Shown: one piece after another, positions 1-12,094 of the stretch
How the letters are laid out: each line of letters opens with the position of its first letter
How positions within the stretch are numbered: position 1 is the first letter of the stretch
Assembly (NCBI GenBank): GCA_013265495.1
Contig: MU058531.1
Coordinates: 2,728,911-2,792,910 of the forward strand
Reading direction: 5' to 3'
Length of the DNA stretch: 64,000 bases
Source: Vicugna vicugna
Lineage: Eukaryota
Program-made: the position numbers and the translations under genes
The notes under the pieces: generated by a model
Told to the model about the DNA's origin: nothing
What the model saw: only the letters and a program-made list of their open reading frames with translations
Databases searched by the model: none

Positions 1-10
1 CAAACTAGGT

Positions 11-115
11 GACATTTATTGAGCATTTGTATTATTCCATGTACTGTGCAAAGCATTCCATAAGTATTATCTCATTTAGCCCTCAGAACAATTCTAGGAG
101 TTGTTACTATTTACA
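11..115 (-). mobile_element. MIR SINE fragment
   Basis: 'acatttattgagcatt...ctgtgcaaagcattccataagtattatctcatttagccctcagaacaattct' resembles the reverse strand of the MIR 3' half. Confidence 0.55.
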
Positions 116-237
116 GTTAGGCACTATTGCTGTTGTTCACTATGACTCATTTGGTCCTTACATGGGTTGATAATGTTTTCTGCGTGCTTATCTTGTACTA
201 TGTGAAGGTTTTATAGTGTTTATCATGTGTCTCACCT

Positions 238-625
238 GTGTTTGTTATATTAGTTGCTGTAAGAAAAAGGTTCCTGAGACCAGTTGCATAAAGAACAAAA
301 ACATTTACTTCTTTCTCATGTAAAAGTCCAGGAGGCAGGTTTCTGGTTGGCTGGTGGCTACATTCTACATGGTATTTCAGGGACCTTGGTTCTTTCCATA
401 TTTTTTCTACATCACTTCCTGGGTATGGCCTAGTGTTAAGGTATCAGACCAGTAGTGATGTATATCAGTTCTGCTTGCTTTGGAGAAAACTTAATTGGAT
501 GGCCTCATCTAACTTCAAAGGAGGCTAGGATATGTATCTTCTAGGCAGCCAGGTGTCTAGCTATAGTTCTATCACTACGAAAAAGGGATGAGTGGAATTT
601 ATTAAGTAGCTCACTATGTCCATTC
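238..625 (-). mobile_element. Old MaLR LTR (MLT1J/K-like), decayed
   Basis: 'tagttgctgtaagaaa...catttacttctttctcatgtaaaagtccaggaggcagg' and 'ggcctcatctaacttcaaaggaggctagga' resemble old MLT1 LTRs. Confidence 0.5.
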
Positions 626-977
626 CAGTCTTCAATAAACAGTTAGAGAGCTAGGCCTCTGTCTTGTTCACACCTGTCCTAATTACAGGGTAAGACACCT
701 GCCACTAAAGTAACAAATGCTTGACTCATGTGCCAGCTCTCCCTACTCTGGTGTTAGAGGCAGACATCATTAATCAATCATGAAACTCTTTCCTGATGAA
801 CCTGGATATGCCCTCAGAATCCTTTGCAACACAGTGCCTCTGGAATTTACTAGCAGTTAGTGGGAATGGCACCAGATTTTAATCCTATTTGACCTCCCTG
901 ATTGTAGGTATTCAAATATTGATTAAAGAGAAGAAGGAACCATAGTAGTTTACCCCTTATTTCCATGGAAACAAATA

Positions 978-1420
978 TGTTGGTTGCTTGGGTGATTTTA
1001 AAGCATGTCTGCAAATTCTTTGACATGCCTTTCTTCAAAATGGCCCCTTGAATGTAGGCCATTGGTGACTCGCTTCTAACAAATAGAATGTGGTGCAAGG
1101 AATGTGGTGTGGTTTCTGAGACTATCATAAAAAAGATACAGCTTCCACTTGGCATTTTCTCACCTTTGAACTGCTCACTCTGGGGAAAGCCAGCTACCAT
1201 GTCACAAGGACACTCAAGCAGCTCTGTGGGCAGGTCCATGTGTAGAGGAACTAAGACCTTCAGCCAACAACCATTATCAATTTGCCAGCCACGTGACTGA
1301 GCCACCTTGTAATGGGATCCTCTGGCCCCAGTCAAGCTATAAGAGAAAATAAATGATTGTTATTGTTTTAAGGCACTAAGTTTTGGGGTAATTTATTCTG
1401 CAACAATTAATACAGACTAA
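978..1420 (+). mobile_element. MaLR LTR (MLT1F/E-like solo LTR)
   Basis: 'gcaaattctttgaca','gactcgcttctaacaaatagaatgtgg','ctcactctggggaaagccagctaccatgt','ggccccagtcaagct' and 3' end 'aataaatgattgttattgttttaaggcactaagttttggggtaattt'. Confidence 0.8.
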
Positions 1421-3371
1421 ACTAATAGGTAAATGAAGAAAAAATGAATAAAATAATTGCCTTTTTGGAATGGAAACTTGTGGAATGTCAGGAAAGTTAA
1501 GACCAAGAGTGGCTGGACCTGAAATTAGATCATGGGAGGGATGAAGGAGGGAAGTGGTGGAGGACGCAGTTGCTGGTGTTTGATGGAAGCCAAGGCAGGA
1601 AGGTAGAGCACGACACCTGCTTCTAGATTGGAAGGCAGGGGCATTAGGGTCATCAGACAAGGGTAGGAACTCATCTTCAGGGTGGCCTGAACACGGACAG
1701 GTGGCCAAATGCGAGGAGTTGTTTACAGTATCCATAGTACCTGAGGGTCCTAATAGGGGGAACAGAGGGATGAAGATTTTATAATTACTTTTTGATTGTT
1801 GGACTGTTGTTTCAGTGACAGCAGCTCCTCTTCTGGACTAAATCATCTTTATTAGGTTATACCAAGCTGATGATGTTCAAGGAAGAATCAATAGGTTTAC
1901 AAGAAACAGAAATAGATAGTTATTCTGTGATTTTCCCAACCAGCTAGATCACAGAAGCTGCAATAGCTTGAAATTCTTCATTTTGATCCATAAGGAGACT
2001 CCAAGAGACTTCTCAAATCCTTCTTATATCCCACGTTACCACATGGCCGTGTCAAATCACCCTCAAGTGCTCCTAAGGTATGTGGTCCCCGTAGTGCTGT
2101 CCCAAGATACCATCCATCCATCCAGACAGTGCTGCTGCAAAATGTTTCCTTCCTTTCCCTTCTATGTGGTCCTGTTTTCCAATCTAATTTTCCCTTAGGG
2201 TCCACACTTGGGTGAGGGTTCTTCACCTGGGGTTCTGTTAGTTTGATCATGTATTCATTCATTCATGCTCTTTGGAGGAAAGTAACAGAAACATACTTGA
2301 ACTTTTAAAAGCAAAGATGGATAAATTGATTATTGAGACTCAAGGACATCTTACTAAATTAAAGAGTGAGAATAAGCTGAGCTTTATGGGGGTTGGATTT
2401 GGGAGGTGGGAAACCTTCAGAAACTCAGGGAATTCTTAATCCCTGGGTCTTCTCTCCACTTCTCGGGGCCTCTGTGTCATTCACACAGTACATATGCTTA
2501 ATCTGATATTAGGTCTGTGAGGCAGATGTAAAGAGCTACCCACAATGCCAAAATTCACATACAGCAGTTCCAGACAGCCAAGGATTATAACTCTTCCTCA
2601 TTCTAAGTCCAAATTCCTAGTATAAAGACTTTGTTTCTGGGGGCTCACTATAGTGGGTGGATGGGAGGCAATTAAAGGGGTCATTATAAAGTGAGAAGTC
2701 ACTTCAAACTTTGTCCACTGTAGTATATGCATGAATTTTCTTTAATACAATGAAGATTTATTTATTTCTCACAGTTTACACCCAATGTTGGTTGCTGGGG
2801 GGAGGGGACCACTGCTCCACAAGTCACACAAAGGAAGGCTGAATGGGACACCACCATCTTGGCTATGCACCAGCTGACACTTGTGCCCTCTTCAATACCC
2901 ACTGCTAGGCATGCATTTTTTCTAAGATGGTGTATGTACTTCCATGATATTCTCAGCTAATCAATGAAGAAAGTCCATAGGGATATAACTTTGTATTTCT
3001 TACAACCTTACCCTGCTACTCAGACTCAGATACAGGTCCAAAGAAAGCTAGTCCCCTTACTCTAGCTCTGAGTATTGTCTTTTCCTCCTACAGCCATGTT
3101 CTATTTTGCAGTCTGCCTCCCCTTCCTTTCAGGGTGAGCCCTTTCCCCATCCAGTGTGTAGTCAGAGGTTCAAAGAGTCATCCTCACTTCTCAATGGGGC
3201 TGGCATCGTCTCCACATATCCAGTCTCATTATCTTTCCATCAAGCACCTCAGACTCTTATGCCCTGCATGGGCCCCCAGTGTGCTCACTTCACCATCCCC
3301 TGGAAATGAGCAAGTATGTATAATGTGGCAGAGGACAGAGATTGGATCCTTGCTCTAAAACTTCTGTTTCT

Positions 3372-4110
3372 GTTACAAGTTAGGCTTTGGTTGAAAGTGA
3401 CAAAAATTCAACTCCAACTTGCTTAAGCAAAAAGGATTCTTCATTGTTTTATGTAAGGACGACACAGAGACTCAAGGTGGAGTTACCTCTGGCACAGTTG
3501 AATCCAGGGCTTCAAAGATGGTACCAGGAGTTCTCCGTCCTTGGGCTCTGCTTACTTCTCCTTGTTAGTCTCATTCTCTCCTGGTGCAGATGGTCTTTCA
3601 TTTGTTGAAGAGAAAGGGCAGAGATGCAGCCAGCTATGAGCTTATATCAGCCCAATTTAGAGGGAAGGAAAGAGCTTTTCTTTCTTAGGTGCCAAATGTA
3701 AAAACTCAGGGAAAAGCTCTCATTGGCCCTTATTGGGTGACATGCTCATCACTGAGCCATTCACTATGGCCAAGGGTTGTGGGGTGTCGTGACTACCTAC
3801 TTCTAGCTGGGAGGCAGCATTCTAGGATGGGAGGGAGGCCCCACCATAACTGTGTGAAGTAGGGGGGCAGGGTATAGCTCAAGTGATAGAGCTTAGCATA
3901 TAAAAGGTCTTGTGTTCAATCCCTAGTACCTCCTCTAAAAACAAAATAAGTAAGTAAACCTAATTACTACCCCCCTCAAAATTAAAAAAAAATCTTAAAA
4001 ATAACTGCATGAAGTAGGAGGAGGAAATCCTTTAAAGGAAGCATGTGCAATTCCCAGAAGAGAGAGACAGGGAAGAGATATCAATGGGCAGATAAAAACC
4101 ATGCATGTCC
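3372..4110 (-). mobile_element. Old MaLR LTR (MLT1K/L-like) interrupted by a SINE
   Basis: 'ttggttgaaagtgacaaaaattcaactccaacttgcttaagcaaaaagg' and 'ctctcattggcccttattgggtgacatgctcatcactgagccattcactatggccaaggg'. Confidence 0.6.
3862..4000 (+). mobile_element. tRNA-Ala-derived SINE (camelid vic-1-like)
   Basis: Head 'gggtatagctcaagtgatagag...gtgttcaatccctagtacctcc', A-rich linker, 'cctaattactacccccc', A-tail; TSD ataactgTGtgaagta (3846-3861) / ataactgCAtgaagta (4001-4016). Confidence 0.9.
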
Positions 4111-4470
4111 ACTTCCATTCTTAAAATCTTTATCATCACGAAGAACAGATTCTGTAGGTGAGAGCAAAGTGGACTCAACCATCAGGTACAAAGGTCAAGG
4201 CAGATTTGAATTTGTCCTACCTTTGCCTAAATGAATCAGAATTATGAGGAGTCTGCATCAGGCCTTTCTAGATTGTGGTAGCTATTGTCTATTATCTAAG
4301 GCAGAGACAGTAGTGTTTCCTTCTGGCCATGCACCTGCCAAGTAGGTGAAAGGTTAATGAATGTTTGCGGAATGATAGCATTTTGACATGAGTCAGCCCA
4401 TTGCTACAGAATTATTTTGTCTCTTTAAACTGTCTTAAATTTGGTGAACTTTTTTTGAAGTTTATTGGCA

Positions 4471-4549
4471 GTAAGTGGTGTGAGGGGCTGTATTAATTCT
4501 GGGGCCAAGCCGTAAGTGGTGTGAGGGGCTATACTAATTCTGGGGACAA
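4471..4549 (+). repeat. Two-copy tandem duplication, period 41 bp
   Basis: gtaagtggtgtgaggggctgtattaattctggggccaa (4471) vs gtaagtggtgtgaggggctatactaattctggggacaa (4512). Confidence 0.9.
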
Positions 4550-5601
4550 ATTAGGACAGAGTACCTTCCCTCTTGTCATAGTAACAGGAAATCTCAATAT
4601 GTCTGTAGTCTGGGTGTTCGTGATAGAGTACTTGGCATAGATGTTCCTATCATATCCCACCGTATTACTGACGATGGCCCATTCCCATTGACTGGAAGGG
4701 AAGTTCTAGAACCTTCAAGCAGAAAAGCAGATTGAGCTAATGACTGCTCTCAAGGTGTTCCTAATGTAAAAACTCAGGGAAAAGCTAGAGGGACAGCTTC
4801 AGCAAAAATGAATCACCAAGAAAGAAGGAGAAAAGGCAACTGGGTAATGAGGGATCCAGCAGGGGAGACACAGTGAGAGAGAGAGAGATCCCAAAATGCA
4901 GGATCTGGTCCAGATAGAAGCAGGAGAAAGGAGGGCTCCAGGAGAGAGGGCTCCAGAAAAAAGAGAAGAAAAGGAATTATAAATACCTGATTATTAAATT
5001 CAGAAGAGACAAAATTATAAAAGGAATGCAGGATAATCAGTGTATTCTTCATACTTCAAATGTGCACAGAATTTACATAGTAATACAATTAATGCTGATT
5101 TAAGTTAAAAATGGAAATGGCTCTGATGGGATTATGCTGGAAAAGAATGCGTGTGTGTGTGGTGTGTGTGTTTTGGGGAGCTGGACGGGGTGCTGAGTCC
5201 TCAACATCCATAGTAGAAAGCCAGTAAATAATTCCCGAAATTGAGAAGTCAAGAAAGAGTACAATAAGCATGCTATTTACAAAAATACAGTAAATTTGAG
5301 AAATAGCTGAAAAGATAGAAAGTAGTTGCCTCTGGGAGCAAGAATTGGGAATGAGGAGAGATGGAGCTGTTTTTTATTGTAAATTTAGTAATACTATTTG
5401 ACTTCTAAATCAGTGTGATCCCAATTTCGTGTGTCTGTATACACCTATAAACATACAAGTATATATTGATGTATGCATATACCTATTTATATATGCACAG
5501 ACATTATATATATTATATGAATATTAGATTTTTATATATATCTATGCACATTAAAAATATAGAAGAAAACATACAAAAGTTAATTATACTATCTCTTGAG
5601 A

Positions 5602-6125
5602 GGGTGTACAGCAGAATGTCCCAGATATGCACATATATATGTTCATTTTCATATTCTTTTTCATTAAAGGTTATTACAAGATACTGAATGTAGTTCTCTG
5701 TGCTATACGGAATAAATTGGTTTTTTTTTAGCTCTTTTTATATATAGTGGTTAGCTTTTGCAAATCTCAAATGCTCAAATTCCCACCTGCTTTCCCTGGT
5801 AACCATAGACTGTTTACTATGTCTGCAAGTCTGTTTCTTTTGTAATGAGTTCATTAGGGGCCCCTTTTTTCTTTGTTTGTTTGTTTCTTTTTTAGATTCC
5901 AAATATAAGTTATATCACATGGTATTTTTCTTTCTCTTTCTGGCTTCACTTAGAATGACGATCTCTAGGTCCATCCATGTTGCTGCAAACTGCAAATGGT
6001 TTTATTCTTTTTTGTCACTGAGTAGTATTCCATTGTATAAATACACCACAACTTCTTTATCCAGTCATCTGTCGATGGACATTTAGGTTGCTTCCACATC
6101 TTGGCTATTGTATGTAGGGCTGCTA
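5602..6125 (-). mobile_element. Lineage-specific L1 3' segment (ORF2 end + 3'UTR); non-inverted arm of a 5'-inverted L1
   Basis: Reverse strand of L1 3' end ('ggtccatccatgttgctgcaaa','gatggacatttaggttgcttcca'); co-linear with the L1 at 18040-18612. Confidence 0.9.
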
Positions 6126-7066
6126 GCAATACTGAAGAAAAAGAATGAAGCTGGAGGAATAACTCTCCCAGACTTCAGACAATACTATGGAGCTGCAGTA
6201 ATCAAAACAGTGTGGTATTGGCACAAAAACAGACATATAGATCAATGGAACAGAATAGAGAGCTCAGAAATAAACCCACAGACTTACAGTCAACTAATCT
6301 TCAACAATGGAGGCAAGAATATATAACGGAGAAAAGACGGTCTCTTCAGCAAGTGGTGTTGGGAAAACTGGACAGCAGCATGTAAATCAATGAAGTTAGA
6401 ATATTCCCTCACACCATACACAAAAATAAACTCAAAATGGCTTAAAGACTTAAATATAAGACAATATGCTATAAATCTCCTAGAAGAAAACATAGGCAAA
6501 ACATTCTCTGACATAAATCTTAGCAAGGGTCTCCTAGGGAAGTCTACCCAAGCAATAGAAATAAAAGCAAAAATAAACAAATGGGACCTAATTAAACTTA
6601 TAAACTTTTGCATAGCAAAGGAAAACTTAAGCAAAACAAAATGACAACCTATGGAATGGGAGAAAATATTTGCAAATAATGCAACTGATAAAGACTTAAT
6701 TTCCAGAATATATAAACAGCTCATACAACTTAATAACGAAAAACCAAACAACCCAATCCAAAAATGGACAGAGGACCTAAACAAGCAATTCTCCAGTGAA
6801 GACGTGCAAATGGCCAATAGGCACATGAAAAAATGCTCAATATCGCTAATTATCAGAGAAATGCAAATCAAAACTACAATGAGGTATCACCTCATACCAG
6901 TCATAATGGCCATGATTCAAAAGTCCATGAACGATAAATGCGGGAGAGGGTGTGGAGAAAAGAGAACCCTCCTACACTGCTGGTGGGAATATAGTTTGGT
7001 GCAGCCTTTATGGAAAACAGCATGGAGAGTCTCAAAAAACTAAAAATAGACTTGCCATATGATTCA
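6126..7066 (+). mobile_element. L1 ORF2 C-terminal region (pseudogenised); inverted arm of the same insertion
   Basis: ORFs 6108-6326, 6390-6644 and 6651-7043 share one frame and read as L1 ORF2p ([55 protein letters not shown], zinc-knuckle [17 protein letters not shown]), broken by in-frame stops. Confidence 0.95.
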
Positions 7067-7184
7067 ATGTTTATAGCACTTTCAATTTTAGCTGTTATCT
7101 CTATTTCCAAAACTAAAGAAGGCACATTGGTTTATCATTACAATTTTTTTTTCAAGAGGGAGAAAAAGAAAAAACAGGACAAAA

Positions 7185-7318
7185 GGCACCTTTCTGGAAA
7201 GCAGGAGATCTGGGTTCAACCCCAGCTGCACCACTAATTCCCTGTGATCTTGAGCAAACTATCACCTCCCTGGGCCCCTGTCGATGCAGCTATAAAAGCA
7301 GGATTGAACTGAGCTCTA
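7185..7318 (+). mobile_element. MIR fragment
   Basis: 'gatctgggttcaacccagctgcaccactaattccctgtgatcttgagcaaactatcacctccctgggcc'. Confidence 0.65.
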
Positions 7319-7396
7319 AATAATAGCAATGCTCAGAGCTACCATTATATAGGATGGATTATGTTGCCAACACTTTGCTAAATGCTTTATTTATAC

Positions 7397-7575
7397 GAGG
7401 GGTTCTCGAACTTTAGCAGGCATGAGAATCACCTGGAGAGCTTTTTAGAAAACAGATCACTGGGCCCACCCCCAGAGTTTCTGATTCAGTGGGTCTGGGC
7501 TGAGGCCTGAGAATTTGCATTACTGATAATTTGCCAGATAAGGCTGATCTGGGGACTACACTTTGAGGACCACTG
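7397..7575 (+). mobile_element. MER5A-like hAT-Charlie DNA transposon inserted in a minus-strand MIR
   Basis: Terminal 'gaggggttctcgaactt' ... 'ctttgaggaccactg'; internal 'gggcccacccccagagtttctgattcagtgggtctggg'; imperfect 8-bp TSD atttatac/acttatat. Confidence 0.85.
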
Positions 7576-8799
7576 ACTTATATTAACTCATCTAAGACTT
7601 AAAAAGCTCTGTATGATATTATATTCCTAGATGTTTACTTGGGCCACTGATGTTTGAGAGGTCATATACAAAGGGTCAGAGCTATGATTTGACTCCAAGA
7701 CTATTTGAACTAAAGTTCTTACTAGAACCACTGAACATACTGCCTTCTTCTGAAGTTCCTGGCCACTTCAACTTCCTATGTTTCTACTTTACAAGGGACA
7801 GAACACACACGTCCAAGACCAAACCAAAGCTCTTCAGAAAACCCCAAGAGAATCCTGAGCATGTGCAGCTTCTGCGTGTAGTGGATGAATGGGCGCTGAA
7901 CCCAGGAGCAGCTGTGAGAGGGAGAGGGAAGGACCATAGGACTGCCAGCCCTGAGAGGCGGGCAAAGGGATTAGGGCCTTATTAAGGCACCCCCACAACT
8001 GACTTGAACTTTTCTTTCCCTCCTCCTACAGTTTATTTGGCATTTTCTGGGTCCTTAATCCACAGTCATTTGGGTGGGAAAAAAAGTGGAAATGAGCTTT
8101 CTTCAATGTTGACTCTTCTTTCAAATTCATGACAATGTGGTGTCCCCAGGAGTGGTTATTTTCTTCCCTTTCTCCCTAGTGTGAATTCTCAAGTAAGCAG
8201 CAAATGATTTCAAATGCATGCTGACTCCAGTGGACAGCTGCCAGGAGAGAAGTGAAAATAAACTGGTGACAGGAAGTGTCACAGTTCACAGAAAGGGCAG
8301 CGAGGATATAGTGGAGCAAGTCTACAACACTTCTGGGTCCACATGCTGAAAGACTTACCCGGACGGGCTGTGCAGCCACAAATCTCCTAGTAATTCATTA
8401 AGTAAAGGGAAATGCTCCCAGAAACATTGCTCTCCTTTCCTAACACCCTTTGTCTTTTAATTTCCAAACTCCGGGTTCATTCCTATGTCAAGCAAGCCTG
8501 CGTCTCTCTCTAAACAACTCCTTCATTCGTGATGGAACACACTGTGGCAAACTAATGCTTTCTCTCTAAGTGTTTTAACAGGCTGAGGAGGTTTCTAAGC
8601 TTTAGGATCACGAGATGGATATATGATCAGTGTGAACTACAAAACAGCATCAAAAACAGCATAAGGAATGGTGGAAACAAAAGCAAATCATGTGGTACTT
8701 TGCCTAGCAAAGGAGTTTCAAAGCTGGAAGGAACACTACAGGGATAAAAAAAAAATACATTAAAAGTTAGGTGCAAGATAAAATAAGATGACAGAGTTG

Positions 8800-10200
8800 A
8801 GATCAAACGTATCAATTGTATAAATCAATGTAAATGGGCTTAATTTGCCTATTAAAAAAAGATTTTCAATTTGACTAACAAAGCGAAATCCCACATTCTG
8901 CTGTGCACAAGAGACACACTTAAAAGATCTCAAAGTATTAAAAATACAAGGTTAGACAAAAATATTAAGACAATGCAAATTAAAACTTAAAAATAGAGTT
9001 ACAATCTTGATATCTGACAAGATGAAATTGGAACCAAAAAGCATTGTAGGAAACAAAGAAGGAGACCATAAGATGCTTAAGGCAACAATTCACAATGAGG
9101 ATATATCAGTTGTTAATATTTATGCACTTAACAATTGGAGGTACAGGGAAAATAGACAGAAACCCACTATCTACAGCTAGTAGATGATTTAACTACATCT
9201 CTCTTATCCAAAACAAATCAAGTAAACAGAAAGGATATAGGAGATTGAAACACATAATAAGGTAGGTCTTAGAAACCTATGTAGAAATCTGAACCCCAAT
9301 AGTAGAGAAAATACCATCTTCTCTAGTGACCATACCTTGGGACACAGAAAACCTCAACAAATTCCAAAGAACAGAAAGAGTACTCTTTAATCACAATACA
9401 ATAAAGCTAATAATTATTAACAAATAAAAAACCAAAAAGACCACACCATCTGAAAATTAAAAAAAAACAAAAATGATGTTAATAAGCAGCTGTTGGTCAG
9501 AGGTAGAAGTGCAACATGCAATTACAGAATTTCTTGAAAATAATGGTAATGGAGGCACAAATAATCAAGTCTGTGGTATTCAGGTAACGCAGTTAATAGA
9601 GGGAAAAGTTTAGCATTAAATACCTGTATTAACAAAAATGAAAAAAATGAATGAACCACCCCATTCAAAAAGCTAGAAAAGAACATTGAAGTAAGCCAAA
9701 AGAATCTAGAAGAAAGGAATCAATAAAGACAAAACCAGTAATTAATGAATTAGAAAATAGAAAAGGAGTAGAATTAATAAATAAACCAAGAGCTGAAACA
9801 ATCAAACCATCAAAATATACAAAACATGAGCTAAGCTAATTGAGAAAATAAATGGCAGAAAGCATAGACACGATATATAAGAAATAGTAACAGTGGGTGG
9901 GGGAAATCATCAAAACAGAGGAAATCTAAAATAAAAACATAAGAGATTGTTTTTTTTTTCAACTCTATGCAAAATTATTTGAAAACCTAGGTGAAATGGG
10001 TAATTTTATAGAAAAATACAATTTACTTAAATTAATGCCAGTAGAGAGAGAAGGTCTTAAACAGACCAATTACCAGGAAAGACATGGAGAAAATAATGAA
10101 AGAGCTTCCCTACAAAAAAACTCCAGGCCCGATTGGTTTCACAGGGGAACTCTACCAAACCTCTAAAGATCAGATAATCTCAATGCCACTTAAGAGAAAA
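8800..10200 (+). mobile_element. Ancient L1 ORF2 5' half (endonuclease to pre-RT region), heavily decayed
   Basis: Local translations NVNGLNLPIK (8827), CCAQETHL (~8899), KTPGPIGFTGELYQT (~10117) match L1 ORF2p motifs; A-rich strand bias. Confidence 0.85.
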
Positions 10201-10229
10201 AGAAAACTTCAGATAAATTGTGTATTATA

Positions 10230-11255
10230 AGAATAAGAACTTCAGTGGACTAAAATATGTAAAATATGTTCATTTCCATGAGTTGATAATATAGATACCA
10301 ACTGGTAATAACTAAAACCAGACAATGACAATAAAACCTGCTTGTCACCTTTGGAGGATGTTAGAAACTTTTATTTTGAAAGCTGGCCATTAAGGGGAAA
10401 GAATCAAGCAGTTATCTTTCTTTACCTCTGTAGACTGTATATCATGATGAAGGTAAGTTTCTCTTTGTAGAAACATTCCAGCTAAAAAATGAAAAGTCCT
10501 GATAGGTTTGGAATACCACTATTTTGTAACCTCTAACAAAATCTGTGGATCTGAGCCATGATCATCAAAGGCTACTCACTTCTCAAAGGGACCGATCAAG
10601 AGACGTTACATGTTTTTTGGTGAAAGTCCACTACACCATCCATAATGCATTCCTGGCACAAAATCTGACCTGAATCTGACCAAGCCTCTAGAACTACTAA
10701 TTTACAAGAAACACATGGTCCAGAGGAGCATGTGAAGTAATACCACAGGGATGGAATCAGCAAAACCCAAACTATAGAGATTCTATAGGATAAATGATTC
10801 AATTTCCTAAACAAACAAATTGCAAAGGAGAAGAGGTGATGGGTGAATCTTTGGATTAAAAGAAATTAAAGAAACATTAACCAATCCAACATATGGATGC
10901 AATTTGGATCCTGATTCAAACACACTGTGTAAAATTTATATGACAATTGGGGGAAATTTGGACACTGATTGGTAATATGATGATATAAAGGTGTGATAAT
11001 GGTATTAGAACTTTAAAAAGAGAATTCATATATTTCAGAGATACATTTTGAAATACTTAAAGATAAAATTATATGATATCTGGAATTTGCTCCAGAAGAT
11101 TAGAGGTGGGAGGGAAGAAAATTCGATGAGGCTGTAAATAAGTTAAGATTGCCAGGAGTTGGTATTTAAGGAAACTGGGGGATGGGACGTGGAGATTCGC
11201 TATACTATCCTTTTTACTTTTGTGTACATTTGAAATTTCCCCAAATAAAAAAGTG
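10230..11255 (+). mobile_element. L1MC-type 3'UTR, decayed
   Basis: 'tttctctttgtagaaacattccagcta','gacctgaatctgaccaagcctctaga','ggatcctgattcaaac', ends 'gaaatttccccaaataaaaaag'. Confidence 0.7.
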
Positions 11256-11509
11256 TTGTTTTTAATTCATTACCATTTTGGATGATTGTAATTTTCCCCT
11301 TTTACTTTTCTGTCTTTTCCAAGTTTTTCACAGTGATGGTGATTTACTTTAAATAATGGGAAGAATGCCTTGTAGCAAGAAATTAATTTAGTCAGTGCCT
11401 GATTTCTTAGCTCACTGTGCAATGTTTGATAACACCTGAATATTTACTGAGTGTTTATTATGTGGCAGATATAGTCCAAATGCATATATGAGTTAACTTA
11501 TTTATTCTT

Positions 11510-12094
11510 TTTTTATTGACGTATAGTCAGTTTCAATGTTGTGTTAATTTCTAGTGTAGAGCATAGTGATTCATTTATACATACTCCTTTCGTACTGTTT
11601 TTAATTAAAGGCCATTACAAGGTATTGAATATAGTTTCCTGTACTATACAGTAGGACCTTTTTGTTTATCTATTTTATATATAGTAGTTAATATTTACAA
11701 ATTCCAGAATTGCCAGTTTATCCCCTCCCCATCCTCCCAACACGAGGCACATAGCCAGAAGAAACTCTTAATTTGAAAAGATACGTGAACCCTGATGTTC
11801 ATAGCAGCACTATTTACATAGGCAGGACATGGAAGCAACCTAAATGTCCATTGACAGGTGATTGGATAAAGAAGTCGTGATATACACACACACAGTGGAA
11901 TACTACTCAGCCATAAAAAGAGTAAAATAATACCATTTGCTGCAACATAGATGGACCCGGAGATTGTCATACTAAGTGAAGTAAGTCAGAAAGAGAAAAA
12001 TACCATGTGATATCACATATGTAGAATCTAAAAAACAGGACACAAATCAACTTACTTACAAAACAGAGATAGACAGACATAGAAAACAAACTTA
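11510..12094 (-). mobile_element. Short 5'-inverted (twin-primed) L1 3' fragment inside a MIR
   Basis: 11510-~11738 is an antisense L1 3' terminus; ~11745-12094 is sense L1 (MFIAALF region to 'agaaaacaaactta'); TSD aacttatttattctt (11495-11509) / aacttacttattctt (12089-12103). Confidence 0.9.

Noticed and set aside
850..1335. 161-aa minus-strand ORF
   Set aside because: Lies largely in an MLT1 LTR; no recognisable protein features.
4471..4549. CRISPR-like repeat-spacer pattern
   Set aside because: Only two adjacent copies with no unique spacer, in a mammalian context.
6108..7043. ORFs of 72, 84 and 130 aa, and antisense 193-aa ORF 6290-6871
   Set aside because: Fragments of L1 ORF2p with in-frame stops; the antisense ORF is the usual L1 reverse-strand artefact.
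8352..8362. Strong minus-strand splice donor (GG|GTAAGT)
   Set aside because: No matching acceptor or coding frame identified; isolated donor matches are common by chance.
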